The notes: generated from the sequence alone by a model not told the origin. A stretch of 64,000 nt of DNA from Escherichia coli (GCF_003018255.1 NZ_CP027440.1), one strand, 5' to 3'; counted from the stretch's first letter, positions 25,373-39,710 are shown. A program made the numbers and translations.

Positions 25373-25912
25373 TTACTGCATAACAGGTTGAATGTCGTGG
25401 ATACGTACAAAGCCTAACTGATCCACAGACATACCCTTTAACTGTAACGGAATATCAACATCGCTGGGGGCGAGGACGCTGGCAGGTGCGTTAATCAATT
25501 GATTCTGCACATTGATTTCCTGAAAGTTGTCTATTGTTCCCTGAATTTGCCCATATTCAACGGTTCCGCTGAATGCGGGTAAAGGGTCATTGGATTCGCC
25601 CTGAATACGTAGCGTCAGGGTAGTGCCATCTGTGTCAGGCGTAATATTCACCAGCGACATACGTAAAGTACCGATCTGGCTTTCCAGTCTTGCTGGTGTT
25701 TTTGCTCCAGGCAGAAGGTAAACCCCACTGCTGGATTTTGCATTCAGCTTGTTTTGCTGAGTGATTTTGACCGTTTCTTTATTGAGTTGCGTCATCTCCT
25801 GGTTCAGCGTGCTGACGCTGTGTTTCATCTGTCGCACTTCACTTTGCTGCACACAGGCGCTAAGGCTGAACAGGCTTCCCAGCAGGAGCAGTCGAAAAAC
25901 GTTAGTATTCAT
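25373..25912 (-). CDS. yajI: Lipoprotein YajI (179 aa)
   Basis: Trimmed to MNTNVFRLLLLGSLFSLSACVQQSEV...: signal peptide with lipobox LSAC. Confidence 0.88.
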   Translation of the reverse strand: MNTNVFRLLLLGSLFSLSACVQQSEVRQMKHSVSTLNQEMTQLNKETVKITQQNKLNAKSSSGVYLLPGAKTPARLESQIGTLRMSLVNITPDTDGTTLTLRIQGESNDPLPAFSGTVEYGQIQGTIDNFQEINVQNQLINAPASVLAPSDVDIPLQLKGMSVDQLGFVRIHDIQPVMQ

Positions 25913-26026
25913 AGGTCGTCCCTTTCTCGTCGCAATTAGCCTAATGGTAGAGGGTAAAAGCAGTGAAAGCATCGATCCTTTATCTCAAAAGCGTTGCGCC
26001 TTTGTTGTATCGTCAGTTCAGGGTAA

Positions 26027-26512
<486 letters not shown>

Positions 26513-26515
26513 GCC

Positions 26516-27619
26516 GTGCAGGACGAGTATTACATGGCGCGGGCGCTAAAGCTGGCGCAACGAGGACGTTTTACCACGCATCCCAACCCGAATGTCGGGT
26601 GCGTCATTGTCAAAGATGGCGAAATTGTCGGTGAAGGTTACCATCAACGCGCGGGTGAACCGCATGCCGAGGTACACGCGTTGCGCATGGCCGGCGAAAA
26701 AGCCAAAGGCGCAACGGCGTATGTCACACTCGAACCCTGTAGCCATCATGGTCGTACGCCACCGTGTTGTGATGCATTAATTGCTGCGGGCGTGGCGCGC
26801 GTGGTTGCTGCAATGCAAGACCCCAATCCGCAGGTCGCTGGACGTGGACTTTACCGTCTGCAACAGGCTGGCATTGACGTCAGCCACGGGCTGATGATGA
26901 GTGAAGCTGAGCAATTGAATAAAGGCTTTCTCAAACGGATGCGCACCGGCTTTCCTTATATTCAGTTAAAACTTGGCGCATCGCTTGATGGTCGCACGGC
27001 GATGGCGAGTGGCGAAAGCCAGTGGATCACTTCACCTCAGGCGAGGCGCGACGTACAACGACTGCGCGCGCAAAGTCATGCCATTTTAACCAGCAGCGCC
27101 ACGGTGCTGGCGGATGATCCAGCCTTAACAGTGCGTTGGTCTGAACTGGATGAACAAACTCAGGGACTCTACCCGCAACAAAATCTCCGCCAGCCGGTAC
27201 GTATTGTGATTGATAGCCAAAATCGCGTGACGCCGGAACATCGCATTGTGCAGCAGCCCGGCGAAACCTGGTTCGCGCGTACGCAGGAAGATTCTCGTGA
27301 GTGGCCGGAAACGGTGCGTACCTTGCTGATTCCAGAGCATAAAGGTCACCTGGATCTGGTTGTACTAATGATGCAACTGGGTAAACAGCAGATTAACAGC
27401 ATCTGGGTGGAAGCGGGGCCAACGCTCGCTGGCGCATTGCTACAGGCGGGTTTAGTCGATGAGCTGATTGTCTATATCGCACCTAAACTATTAGGCAACG
27501 ACGCCCGTGGATTATGCACGCTGCCAGGGCTTGAGAAATTAGCCGACGCTCCCCAATTTAAATTCAAAGAGATACGTCATGTAGGCCCGGATGTTTGCCT
27601 GCATTTAGTGGGTGCATGA
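26516..27619 (+). CDS. ribD: Bifunctional riboflavin biosynthesis deaminase/reductase RibD (367 aa)
   Basis: [17 protein letters not shown]...; deaminase zinc motifs HAEVHAL and [11 protein letters not shown]; C-terminal reductase domain. Confidence 0.96.
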
Positions 27620-27707
27620 TCTCCCGGCTCGAAAGGGAAGCAGCGCACGAAATATTATGCTAAAATCCGCCCCCCTGCGGGGCCATACTCGAACCCGAAG
27701 GAAGAAA

Positions 27708-28178
27708 ATGAACATTATTGAAGCTAACGTTGCTACCCCGGACGCTCGCGTCGCCATCACCATCGCGCGTTTCAACAACTTTATCAATGACAGCCTGCTG
27801 GAAGGTGCAATTGACGCACTGAAACGTATCGGTCAGGTAAAAGATGAAAACATTACCGTTGTTTGGGTGCCAGGTGCCTATGAGCTGCCGCTGGCGGCGG
27901 GTGCACTGGCTAAAACCGGTAAATACGACGCGGTGATTGCGCTGGGTACGGTTATTCGTGGTGGCACTGCCCACTTTGAATATGTCGCTGGTGGTGCAAG
28001 CAACGGCCTGGCGCATGTTGCCCAGGACAGCGAAATTCCGGTTGCTTTTGGGGTTCTGACCACTGAAAGCATTGAACAAGCGATCGAACGTGCTGGCACC
28101 AAAGCTGGCAACAAAGGTGCAGAAGCTGCACTGACCGCGCTTGAAATGATTAATGTATTGAAAGCCATCAAGGCCTGA
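27708..28178 (+). CDS. ribE: 6,7-dimethyl-8-ribityllumazine synthase RibE/RibH (156 aa)
   Basis: Internal ATG at 27708 preceded by GAAGGAAG; [38 protein letters not shown]... Confidence 0.95.
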
Positions 28179-28197
28179 AATTAGTAAGGGGAAATCC

Positions 28198-28617
28198 GTG
28201 AAACCTGCTGCTCGTCGCCGCGCTCGTGAGTGTGCCGTCCAGGCGCTCTACTCCTGGCAGTTGTCCCAGAACGACATCGCTGATGTTGAATACCAGTTCC
28301 TGGCTGAACAGGATGTAAAAGACGTTGACGTCCTGTACTTCCGTGAGCTGCTGGCCGGGGTGGCGACTAACACCGCATACCTCGACGGACTGATGAAGCC
28401 GTACCTGTCCCGTCTGCTGGAAGAACTGGGCCAGGTAGAAAAAGCAGTACTGCGCATTGCGCTGTACGAGCTGTCTAAACGTAGCGATGTGCCATACAAA
28501 GTGGCCATTAACGAAGCGATCGAACTGGCGAAATCGTTCGGCGCAGAAGACAGCCATAAGTTCGTCAACGGCGTACTCGATAAAGCAGCACCTGTGATTC
28601 GCCCTAACAAAAAGTAA
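28198..28617 (+). CDS. nusB: Transcription antitermination factor NusB (139 aa)
   Basis: GTG start; (M)[33 protein letters not shown]... Confidence 0.95.
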
Positions 28618-28622
28618 TATCC

Positions 28623-28676
28623 AGGCCGGTAGATTCACGGAAGACCGTTCCATGATCGCCGGCCTTTTCTTTTTTA
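28623..28676 (+). terminator. Hairpin plus T-run between nusB and thiL (candidate partial terminator)
   Basis: ggccgg...cgccggcc inverted repeat followed by TTTTCTTTTTT, about 20 bp before the thiL start. Confidence 0.5.
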
Positions 28677-28694
28677 CCTGCTGAGGCATAACGT

Positions 28695-29672
28695 ATGGCA
28701 TGTGGCGAGTTCTCCCTGATTGCCCGTTATTTTGACCGTGTAAGAAGTTCTCGTCTTGATGTCGAACTGGGCATCGGCGACGATTGCGCTCTTCTCAATA
28801 TCCCCGAGAAACAGACCCTGGCGATCAGCACTGATACGCTGGTGGCGGGCAACCACTTCCTCCCTGATATCGATCCTGCTGATCTGGCTTATAAAGCACT
28901 GGCGGTGAACCTAAGCGATCTGGCAGCGATGGGGGCCGATCCGGCCTGGCTGACGCTGGCATTAACCTTACCGGACGTAGACGAAGCGTGGCTTGAGTCC
29001 TTCAGCGACAGCTTGTTTGATCTTCTCAATTATTACGATATGCAACTCATTGGCGGCGATACCACGCGTGGGCCATTATCAATGACGTTGGGTATCCACG
29101 GCTTTGTTCCGATGGGACGAGCCTTAACGCGCTCTGGGGCGAAACCGGGTGACTGGATCTATGTGACCGGTACACCGGGCGATAGCGCTGCCGGGCTGGC
29201 GATTTTGCAAAACCGTTTGCAGGTTGCCGATGCTAAAGATGCGGACTACTTGATCAAACGTCATCTCCGTCCGTCGCCGCGTATTTTACAGGGGCAGGCA
29301 CTGCGCGATCTGGCAAATTCAGCTATCGATCTCTCTGACGGTCTGATTTCCGATCTCGGGCATATCGTGAAAGCCAGCGACTGCGGCGCACGTATTGACC
29401 TGGCATTGCTGCCGTTTTCTGATGCGCTTTCTCGCCATGTTGAACCGGAACAGGCGCTGCGTTGGGCGCTCTCTGGTGGTGAAGATTACGAGTTGTGTTT
29501 CACGGTGCCGGAACTGAACCGTGGCGCGCTGGATGTGGCTCTCGGACACCTGGGCGTACCGTTTACCTGTATCGGGCAAATGACCGCCGATATCGAAGGG
29601 CTTTGTTTTATTCGTGACGGCGAACCTGTCACGTTAGACTGGAAAGGATATGACCATTTTGCCACGCCATAA
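28695..29672 (+). CDS. thiL: Thiamine-monophosphate kinase ThiL (325 aa)
   Basis: [34 protein letters not shown]...: AIR-synthase-related fold. Confidence 0.95.
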
Positions 29673-30168
29673 AGATGTCGCGAAAAGTCGCCTGAAAATG
29701 AGTAATCCGTGGCATCTGCTTGCTGTCGGATTCGGAAGTGGATTAAGCCCGATCGTTCCTGGCACGATGGGGTCGCTGGCGGCGATTCCCTTCTGGTATC
29801 TGATGACTTTTTTGCCCTGGCAGCTCTATTCGCTGGTGGTAATGCTGGGGATCTGTATCGGCGTCTATCTTTGTCATCAAACGGCGAAAGACATGGGCGT
29901 GCACGATCACGGCAGTATTGTCTGGGACGAATTTATTGGTATGTGGATTACGCTCATGGCGCTGCCGACCAATGACTGGCAGTGGGTTACCGCCGGATTT
30001 GTGATTTTCCGTATTCTGGATATGTGGAAGCCGTGGCCGATCCGCTGGTTTGATCACAATGTACATGGCGGCATGGGGATCATGATTGACGATATTGTCG
30101 CCGGGGTGATCTCCGCTGGCATCCTGTATTTTATCGGTCATCACTGGCCGCTGGGTATTCTGTCGTAG
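29650..30168 (+). CDS. pgpA: Phosphatidylglycerophosphatase A PgpA (172 aa)
   Basis: [43 protein letters not shown]...; overlaps the thiL 3' end by 23 nt. Confidence 0.94.
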
Positions 30169-30177
30169 TTGTGCACC

Positions 30178-30216
30178 GATGCCTGATGTGACGCTTGTCA
30201 CGTCTCATCAGGCCTG
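30178..30216. repeat. REP palindrome between convergent pgpA and yajO
   Basis: gcctgatgtgacgcttgtcacgtctcatcaggc: canonical REP (GCCTGATG...CATCAGGC). Confidence 0.75.
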
Positions 30217-30221
30217 CATAC

Positions 30222-31196
30222 CTATTTAAATCCTACGACCGGATGCGGTTTATACGGCGTTTCCAGCTCGGCGATCTGTTCCGGCTTCAAGGTGATATCC
30301 ACCGCGTTTAGCAGTTCATCAAGCTGTTCCTCCCGAGAAGTTCCGATAATCGGTGCGGCAATGCCCGGTTTACTCAACAACCAGGCCAGCGCAACTTGTG
30401 CTCGCGTTGCACCAAGTTCTTCACTGACGCCCGTTAAGCGTTCTGCAATTTGTGCGTCATTTTCATTGCTTTCTTGGTAGAGATTTTTCCCCACTTCATC
30501 CGACACCAGCCGTGCGGTGGTTTCTCCCCAAGGACGCGTCAGACGGCCCCGCGCCAGCGGACTCCATGGAATCACCGCCACGCCTTCCTGATAACACAGC
30601 GGCAGCATCTCGCGCTCTTCTTCACGATAAATCAGATTGTAGTGATCCTGCATACTGACAAACTGCGCCCAGCCGTGCTGTTTTTGTAGTTCCAGTGCCT
30701 GAGCAAACTGCGAAGCGTGCATGGATGACGCGCCGATATAACGTGCTTTCCCGGCTTTTACCACGTCGTTCAGGGCTTCCAGCGTCTCTTCGATCGGCGT
30801 GTTGTAATCCCAGCGATGAATTTGCAGGATATCGACATAATCCATGCCGAGACGGAGCAGGCTGTCGTCGATAGAGCGCAAAATTTGTGCACGGGATAAT
30901 CCTTCCGGTAAATCACCAACGCGATGGAACACTTTGGTCGCAACGACCACGTCTTCACGACGGGCGAAATCCCGCAGTGCGCGACCGACGATCTCTTCGC
31001 TGCTGCCATCGGAATAGCTATTGGCGGTATCAAAGAAATTTATGCCGCCTTCCAGTGCGCGTTTAATGATGGGACGGCTGCTCTCTTCCGGCAGTGTCCA
31101 TGCGTGATTACCGCGATCTGGCTCGCCAAAGGTCATACAGCCGAGGCAAAGTCGGGAAACACGAAGGTCGGTTTTTCCTAAGGGGTTGTATTGCAT
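30222..31196 (-). CDS. yajO: Aldo-keto reductase YajO (324 aa)
   Basis: MQYNPLGKTDLRVSRLCLGCMTFGEPDRGNHAWTLPEE...: AKR family N-terminus. Confidence 0.93.
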   Translation of the reverse strand: MQYNPLGKTDLRVSRLCLGCMTFGEPDRGNHAWTLPEESSRPIIKRALEGGINFFDTANSYSDGSSEEIVGRALRDFARREDVVVATKVFHRVGDLPEGLSRAQILRSIDDSLLRLGMDYVDILQIHRWDYNTPIEETLEALNDVVKAGKARYIGASSMHASQFAQALELQKQHGWAQFVSMQDHYNLIYREEEREMLPLCYQEGVAVIPWSPLARGRLTRPWGETTARLVSDEVGKNLYQESNENDAQIAERLTGVSEELGATRAQVALAWLLSKPGIAAPIIGTSREEQLDELLNAVDITLKPEQIAELETPYKPHPVVGFK

Positions 31197-31250
31197 GCTG
31201 CCACTCCTGCCATGAATAATTTCTTAAGCATAGCAGGAGTAGAGTAGGGA

Positions 31251-33113
31251 TTATGCCAGCCAGGCTTTGATTTTGGCTTCCATACCGGTGGCATCGAGGC
31301 CGAGTTCGGCGCGCATTTCTTCCTGAGTTCCTTGTGGAATAAAGAAGTCCGGCAGACCAATGTTCAGCACGGGTACTGGTTTACGATGGGCCATCAGCAC
31401 TTCGTTCACGCCGCTGCCTGCACCACCCATAATGGCGTTTTCTTCTACGGTAACCAGCGCTTCATGGCTGGCGGCCATTTCCAGAATTAACGCTTCATCA
31501 AGCGGTTTCACGAAACGCATATCGACCAGCGTAGCGTTCAGCGATTCAGCGACTTTCGCCGCTTCTGGCATCAGCGTACCAAAGTTAAGGATCGCCAGTT
31601 TCTCACCACGACGCTTCACAATGCCTTTGCCAATTGGCAGTTTTTCCAGTGGCGTCAGTTCCACGCCAACTGCGTTGCCGCGCGGGTAGCGCACCGCGGA
31701 CGGGCCATCGTTATAGTGATAGCCGGTATAGAGCATCTGGCGACATTCGTTTTCATCGCTCGGGGTCATAATGACCATTTCCGGTATGCAGCGCAGGTAA
31801 GAGAGATCAAAAGCGCCCTGGTGGGTTTGACCGTCAGCACCAACAATGCCCGCACGGTCGATGGCGAACAGGACCGGAAGCTTTTGAATCGCCACGTCAT
31901 GCAGCACCTGATCATAGGCGCGTTGCAGGAAGGTGGAGTAGATCGCAACAATGGGTTTGTAGCCTCCAATCGCCAGACCCGCAGCAAAGGTCACTGCGTG
32001 TTGCTCGGCAATTGCCACGTCGAAGTAGCGATCCGGGAATTTACGTGAAAACTCGACCATGCCGGAACCTTCACGCATCGCCGGAGTAATCGCCATCAGC
32101 TTGTTATCTTTCGCTGCGGTTTCGCACAACCAGTCGCCAAAGATTTTTGAATAGCTTGGCAAACCGCCGCTACTTTTCGGCAGACAACCGCTGGAGGGAT
32201 CAAATTTAGGCACGGCGTGGAAGGTGATTGGGTCTTTTTCTGCCGGTTCATAACCACGACCTTTTTTGGTCATGATATGCAGGAACTGCGGGCCTTTCAG
32301 GTCGCGCATGTTCTTAAGCGTGGTGATAAGCCCCAGCACATCGTGACCGTCCACCGGGCCGATGTAGTTAAAGCCCAGCTCTTCAAACAACGTGCCAGGC
32401 ACTACCATGCCTTTAATATGTTCTTCGGTACGTTTGAGCAGCTCTTTAATGGGTGGCACGCCAGAGAAAACTTTTTTTCCGCCTTCGCGCAGTGAAGAGT
32501 AAAGCTTACCGGAAAGCAGCTGCGCCAGATGGTTGTTGAGCGCGCCAACATTTTCGGAAATCGACATTTCATTGTCGTTGAGAACCACCAGCATATCAGG
32601 ACGGATATCGCCCGCGTGATTCATCGCTTCAAACGCCATGCCAGCAGTAATCGCGCCATCGCCAATGACACAGACGGTGCGGCGATTTTTGCCTTCTTTC
32701 TCGGCAGCAACTGCGATCCCAATTCCGGCACTGATGGAGGTTGATGAATGCCCGACGCTTAATACGTCATATTCGCTTTCGCCGCGCCACGGGAACGGGT
32801 GCAGGCCACCTTTCTGACGGATGGTGCCGATTTTGTCGCGGCGCCCGGTCAAAATTTTATGCGGATAAGCCTGATGCCCCACATCCCAGATTAACTGGTC
32901 AAACGGGGTATTGTAGACATAGTGCAGCGCCACGGTCAGTTCGACCGTGCCCAGCCCGGAGGCGAAGTGCCCGCTGGAACGGCTCACGCTGTCGAGTAAA
33001 TAGCGGCGCAGTTCGTCGCAGAGTTTCGGTAAACTCTCTTTCGGCAACAGTCGTAACTCCTGGGTGGAGTCGACCAGTGCCAGGGTCGGGTATTTGGCAA
33101 TATCAAAACTCAT
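31251..33113 (-). CDS. dxs: 1-deoxy-D-xylulose-5-phosphate synthase Dxs (620 aa)
   Basis: [31 protein letters not shown]...; TPP-binding [19 protein letters not shown]. Confidence 0.96.
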   Translation of the reverse strand: MSFDIAKYPTLALVDSTQELRLLPKESLPKLCDELRRYLLDSVSRSSGHFASGLGTVELTVALHYVYNTPFDQLIWDVGHQAYPHKILTGRRDKIGTIRQKGGLHPFPWRGESEYDVLSVGHSSTSISAGIGIAVAAEKEGKNRRTVCVIGDGAITAGMAFEAMNHAGDIRPDMLVVLNDNEMSISENVGALNNHLAQLLSGKLYSSLREGGKKVFSGVPPIKELLKRTEEHIKGMVVPGTLFEELGFNYIGPVDGHDVLGLITTLKNMRDLKGPQFLHIMTKKGRGYEPAEKDPITFHAVPKFDPSSGCLPKSSGGLPSYSKIFGDWLCETAAKDNKLMAITPAMREGSGMVEFSRKFPDRYFDVAIAEQHAVTFAAGLAIGGYKPIVAIYSTFLQRAYDQVLHDVAIQKLPVLFAIDRAGIVGADGQTHQGAFDLSYLRCIPEMVIMTPSDENECRQMLYTGYHYNDGPSAVRYPRGNAVGVELTPLEKLPIGKGIVKRRGEKLAILNFGTLMPEAAKVAESLNATLVDMRFVKPLDEALILEMAASHEALVTVEENAIMGGAGSGVNEVLMAHRKPVPVLNIGLPDFFIPQGTQEEMRAELGLDATGMEAKIKAWLA

Positions 33114-33137
33114 CAGGGGCCTATTAATACTTATTGT

Positions 33138-34037
33138 TTATTTATTACGCTGGATGATGTAGTCCGCTAGCGCTTCCAGTGCCGAGGTATCGAGTGACTG
33201 TTCAGTCAGTTGTTTCAGCGACTGACGGGCATCGTCGATCAGATCCCGGGCTTTCTTCCGGGCTTGCTCAAGACCCAGAAGTGCAGGGTAGGTACTTTTA
33301 CCAAGTTGCTGGTCGGCACCCTGGCGTTTTCCCAACGTTGCAGTATCTCCCACCACATCCAGGATGTCATCCTGAACCTGGAAGGCAAGGCCGATGCTCT
33401 CTGCGTACTTGTCGAGTACTGGCAGAGCACGACGTCCTTTATCTCCGGCGCTTAATGCACCAAGGCGAACGGCGGCGCGAATCAATGCGCCGGTTTTATG
33501 ACGATGAATACGCTCAAGCGCGTCCAGAGGTACGTGTTTGCCTTCAGCGTCTAAATCTAATGCCTGACCACCGCACATTCCGGCAATACCGCTGGCGCTC
33601 GCCAGCTCAGAAATCATCGAAATTCTGTCGCGATCTGACACTTCCGGCATATCGGCATCGCTTAGAATCGAGAACGCCAGCGTTTGTAAAGCGTCACCAG
33701 CGAGAATCGCGTTTGCTTCGCCAAACTTCACATGGCAGGTCGGCAAACCGCGACGCAGATCGTCATCATCCATCGCCGGTAAATCATCATGAATTAATGA
33801 GTAAGCGTGGATACACTCTACGGCGGCAGCGGGTGCGTCCAGTGTGTTTGTGCTAACGCCGAACATATGACCAGTGGCATAAACCAGGAAAGGTCGCAGG
33901 CGCTTACCACCTAATAATGCGCCATACTGCATGGTTTCGACCACGGGAGTGTTCTGAAAGGGCAGTGGGGCGATAAAACGGCTCAGCGCCTGGTTGGCCT
34001 GCTTAACGCAGGCTTCGAGTTGCTGCGGAAAGTCCAT
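33138..34037 (-). CDS. ispA: Farnesyl diphosphate synthase IspA (299 aa)
   Basis: [31 protein letters not shown]...; Asp-rich motifs LIHDDLPAMDDDDLRRG and QVQDDILD. Confidence 0.96.
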   Translation of the reverse strand: MDFPQQLEACVKQANQALSRFIAPLPFQNTPVVETMQYGALLGGKRLRPFLVYATGHMFGVSTNTLDAPAAAVECIHAYSLIHDDLPAMDDDDLRRGLPTCHVKFGEANAILAGDALQTLAFSILSDADMPEVSDRDRISMISELASASGIAGMCGGQALDLDAEGKHVPLDALERIHRHKTGALIRAAVRLGALSAGDKGRRALPVLDKYAESIGLAFQVQDDILDVVGDTATLGKRQGADQQLGKSTYPALLGLEQARKKARDLIDDARQSLKQLTEQSLDTSALEALADYIIQRNK

Positions 34038-34279
34038 TACTCATTGTCCGGTGTAAAAGGGGTTAGAGAGGCGTCTTCATTGTCAGACAGCAGAATTTGT
34101 ACGCGCTGTTCGGCTTGTTGTAATTTGGCCTGCCCCTGACGTGCCAGCTGCACGCCGCGTTCGAACTCGTTCAGCGCCTCTTCCAGCGGCAGGTCGCCAC
34201 TTTCCAGACGGGTTACAATCTGTTCCAGCTCGCTCAGCGCCTTTTCAAAGCTGGCGGGAGCCTCATTTTTCTTCGGCAT
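34037..34279 (-). CDS. xseB: Exodeoxyribonuclease VII small subunit XseB (80 aa)
   Basis: [50 protein letters not shown]...; 1-nt overlap with the ispA start. Confidence 0.95.
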
Positions 34280-34484
34280 AATGAATGTCTGACTCTCAAT
34301 ATTTTTCGCCCCGTCATGGTAACGGACTCAGGGCAAATAGCAAATAACGCGCAATGGTAAGGTGATGTGCGCAGCAAAGCGATGTTAGTGGTATACTTCC
34401 GCGCCTGGATGCAGCCGCAGGTGTGGGCTGCTGTATTTTTCCCTATACAAGTCGCTTAAGGCTTGCCAACGAACCATTGCCGCC

Positions 34485-35933
34485 ATGAAGTTTATCATTA
34501 AATTGTTCCCGGAAATCACCATCAAAAGCCAATCTGTGCGCTTGCGCTTTATAAAAATCCTTACCGGGAACATTCGTAACGTTTTAAAGCACTATGATGA
34601 GACGCTCGCTGTCGTCCGTCACTGGGATAACATCGAAGTTCGCGCAAAAGATGAAAACCAGCGTCTGGCTATTCGCGACGCCCTGACCCGTATTCCGGGT
34701 ATCCACCATATTCTCGAAGTCGAAGACGTGCCGTTTACCGACATGCACGATATTTTCGAGAAAGCGTTGGTTCAATATCGCGATCAGCTGGAAGGCAAAA
34801 CCTTCTGCGTACGCGTGAAGCGCCGCGGCAAACATGATTTTAGCTCGATTGATGTGGAACGTTACGTCGGCGGCGGTTTAAATCAGCATATTGAATCCGC
34901 GCGCGTGAAGCTGACCAATCCGGAAGTGACTGTCCATCTGGAAGTGGAAGACGATCGTCTGCTGCTGATTAAAGGCCGCTACGAAGGTATTGGCGGTTTC
35001 CCGATCGGCACCCAGGAAGATGTGTTGTCGCTCATTTCAGGTGGTTTCGACTCCGGCGTTTCCAGTTATATGTTGATGCGTCGCGGCTGCCGCGTGCATT
35101 ACTGCTTCTTTAACCTCGGCGGCGCGGCGCATGAAATTGGCGTGCGTCAGGTGGCGCATTATCTGTGGAACCGCTTTGGCAGCTCCCACCGCGTACGTTT
35201 TGTCGCTATTAATTTCGAACCGGTCGTCGGGGAAATTCTCGAGAAAATCGACGACGGTCAGATGGGCGTTATCCTCAAACGTATGATGGTGCGTGCCGCG
35301 TCCAAAGTGGCAGAACGTTACGGCGTACAGGCGCTGGTTACCGGTGAAGCGCTCGGCCAGGTGTCCAGCCAGACGCTGACCAACCTACGCCTGATTGATA
35401 ACGTCTCCGATACGCTGATCCTGCGTCCGCTGATCTCTTACGACAAAGAGCACATCATCAACCTGGCTCGCCAGATTGGCACCGAAGACTTTGCCCGCAC
35501 GATGCCGGAATATTGCGGCGTGATTTCCAAAAGCCCGACGGTGAAAGCGGTTAAATCGAAGATTGAAGCGGAAGAAGAGAAGTTCGACTTCAGCATTCTC
35601 GATAAAGTGGTGGAGGAAGCGAATAACGTTGATATCCGCGAAATCGCCCAGCAGACCGAGCAGGAAGTGGTGGAAGTGGAAACCGTCAATGGCTTCGGCC
35701 CGAACGACGTGATCCTCGATATCCGTTCTATCGATGAACAGGAAGATAAGCCACTGAAAGTCGAAGGGATTGATGTGGTTTCTCTGCCGTTCTATAAACT
35801 GAGCACCAAATTTGGCGATCTCGACCAGAGCAAAACCTGGCTGTTGTGGTGTGAGCGCGGGGTGATGAGCCGCCTGCAGGCGCTCTATCTGCGCGAGCAG
35901 GGCTTTAACAATGTGAAGGTGTATCGCCCGTAA
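34485..35933 (+). CDS. thiI: tRNA 4-thiouridine synthase / sulfur carrier ThiI (482 aa)
   Basis: [34 protein letters not shown]...; THUMP domain, PP-loop [10 protein letters not shown]-terminal rhodanese domain with the WCERGVMS cysteine. Confidence 0.96.
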
Positions 35934-35940
35934 TTTGTGG

Positions 35941-35985
35941 TTTTTACGTCGCATCTGGTCAGATGCGACGCTTACCGCATCCGAC
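35941..35985. repeat. REP-like hairpin between convergent thiI and yajL
   Basis: cgtcgcatctggtcagatgcgacg perfect hairpin with a GATGCGACGCT REP-type core; flanking runs do not fit a classical terminator on either strand. Confidence 0.45.
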
Positions 35986-35986
35986 A

Positions 35987-37451
<1,465 letters not shown>

Positions 37452-37618
37452 TGTTCCTCCTCACCCGCAACCACTCCGGGTGTTCAATAAGGCTATCCCT
37501 TAATTGTGCATGCTGTTGCGACTATGCACAATTAAGGGATACGTCCTGGTGCGGGACTGTCGGTTATTTAACTTTGCGGGTATTATGCTTCGCATCAAAA
37601 ATGAAGGGAGAGGAAAAG

Positions 37619-38110
37619 ATGCCATCTTTCGATATTGTCTCTGAAGTTGATCTTCAGGAAGCACGTAACGCGGTCGATAACGCGAGCCGCGAAGTGGAGT
37701 CCCGTTTTGACTTCCGTAATGTTGAAGCCTCATTTGAGCTGAATGACGCCAGCAAAACCATCAAAGTGTTGAGCGAGTCCGACTTCCAGGTCAATCAGTT
37801 GCTGGATATTCTGCGTGCCAAGCTGCTGAAGCGCGGCATTGAAGGCAGTTCACTGGATGTACCGGAAAATATCGTTCATAGCGGTAAAACCTGGTTTGTG
37901 GAAGCGAAACTGAAACAGGGCATTGAGAGCGCGACTCAGAAGAAAATCGTCAAAATGATCAAAGACAGCAAACTGAAAGTGCAGGCGCAAATTCAGGGCG
38001 ATGAGATCCGCGTAACGGGTAAATCTCGTGATGATTTGCAGGCTGTCATGGCGATGGTACGTGGTGGCGATCTCGGTCAGCCGTTCCAGTTCAAAAACTT
38101 CCGCGATTAA
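37619..38110 (+). CDS. yajQ: Nucleotide-binding protein YajQ (163 aa)
   Basis: Internal ATG at 37619 preceded by GAAGGGAGAGG; [41 protein letters not shown]...; track ORF was over-extended by 56 codons. Confidence 0.93.
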
Positions 38111-38193
38111 TCGCGACAACCTGCGCTTTGTTCATGTCAGATGCGGCATGAACGCCTGATTTGGCTTACAAAGGTTTGTAACTCAGGAACTTA

Positions 38194-38222
38194 GTAGGCC
38201 TGATAAGCGTAGCGCAGCAGGC
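38194..38222. repeat. REP palindrome between convergent yajQ and yajR
   Basis: gtaggcctgataagcgtagcgcagcaggc: REP signature (GTAGGCCTGATAAG...CAGGC). Confidence 0.6.
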
Positions 38223-38237
38223 AATTTCGCCTCGCTT

Positions 38238-39602
38238 TTATGCCTGGCGAATTGCCTGTTCAACCTCAAAGCGATTCGTCACTTTGCTGTCGATTTTCAC
38301 ATACACTGAATGTTCTTCTTCTGCAATCAACACTTCTTTGACGCCTTCAGTTTCCAGCAAACGTACTTCTAACGCTTCGTTTGCGGCAGTGTCCGCCGGG
38401 ATTTCAATGCGCAAGCTGCTGACATACGGCGGTTCTTTCATGGTACTGGCGACTGCCAGCCACACTGCGGCCAGCATTGCGCCAGCGAGAAATACTCCCT
38501 GACCGTCAAACATGCCGTCAATCCAGCCGCCCAGCGAACCGCCAATCGCCACGCCAAGAAACTGGCTGGTGGAGTAAACACCCATCGCCGTACCTTTGTA
38601 ACCTGCTGGCGATTCTTTACTGATAAGTGAAGGCAGAAGGGCTTCCATCAAATTAAACGCCACAAAGAAAAGCTGCACGCCGACCACCAGTTGCCAGAAC
38701 TGCGTTTGTGCGTTCCACAACACAATTTCCGCAACCACGATCAGCCCGACGCAAAAGACAAAGACTTGCTTCATTTTGCGCTTAACTTCAGCGTAGATAA
38801 TGAAAGGCACGACCGAGCCAAAGGCGATTAACATCGTTGCCAGGTAGACCTTCCAGTGTTCAGCCGCCGGGAACCCCGCATCAGCCATCTGTCCGGGCAG
38901 GGCAACAAAGGTCGACATCAGCAAAATATGCAGACACATAATGCCAAAGTTGAGTTTCAGCAGCCGCGGTTCCGCCAGCACTTTACTGAAACTTCCTTTC
39001 ACCATTCCGGACTCACGATTAAGTACGTGAGTGCTACTGTTGGGCACAACCCAAATGGTCAACGCAATGCCGGTTGCTGCCAGAATAGCGATCATCCAGA
39101 ACAGCGCGTGCAGCCCAAGTTTGTGAGTGATGATCGGGCCAAGCACCATCGCAATGGCAAAGGTAATGCCAAAGCTCACGCCGATAAACGCCATCGCTTT
39201 GGTGCGGTTTTGTTCGCGCGTGAGATCGGAAAGCAGCGCCATAACGGCAGCGGCAATCGCACCGGAGCCTTGTAGCGCCCGGCCCAGAATAATTCCCCAG
39301 ATGGAGTCAGAGAGCGCAGCGATAACGCTACCGGCGGCAAACACTGCCAGCCCACCGACAATTAATGGTTTGCGACCAATGCGGTCGGAAAGCAGGCCAA
39401 ACGGAATCTGAAAAACGGCCTGAGTCAGACCATAAATACCAATGGCAATACCGATTAATGCTTCGCTGGCACCTTGCAGAGCCATGCCGTACGTGGTCAG
39501 AACCGGCAGAACCATGAACATGCCCAGCATGCGCAACGAGAATACGGTCCCTAAACCCCAGGTCGCGCGTCGCTCACCTGGCGTCATTTTATAATCGTTC
39601 AT
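38238..39602 (-). CDS. yajR: MFS transporter YajR (454 aa)
   Basis: Trimmed to the internal ATG (CAT at 39600-39602): MNDYKMTPGERRATWGLGTVFSLRMLGMFMVLPVL...; 12-TM MFS core plus soluble C-terminal domain. Confidence 0.92.
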   Translation of the reverse strand: MNDYKMTPGERRATWGLGTVFSLRMLGMFMVLPVLTTYGMALQGASEALIGIAIGIYGLTQAVFQIPFGLLSDRIGRKPLIVGGLAVFAAGSVIAALSDSIWGIILGRALQGSGAIAAAVMALLSDLTREQNRTKAMAFIGVSFGITFAIAMVLGPIITHKLGLHALFWMIAILAATGIALTIWVVPNSSTHVLNRESGMVKGSFSKVLAEPRLLKLNFGIMCLHILLMSTFVALPGQMADAGFPAAEHWKVYLATMLIAFGSVVPFIIYAEVKRKMKQVFVFCVGLIVVAEIVLWNAQTQFWQLVVGVQLFFVAFNLMEALLPSLISKESPAGYKGTAMGVYSTSQFLGVAIGGSLGGWIDGMFDGQGVFLAGAMLAAVWLAVASTMKEPPYVSSLRIEIPADTAANEALEVRLLETEGVKEVLIAEEEHSVYVKIDSKVTNRFEVEQAIRQA

Positions 39603-39710
39603 TACCACCTCTGTTTTAAATTCGCGACTAGTGTAAAGCGGCAAACGAATGGGGTAAACATGCGGATTTTTTAGTAAATATTTCGAGAGGGATATGATTC
39701 TAATGCTAAG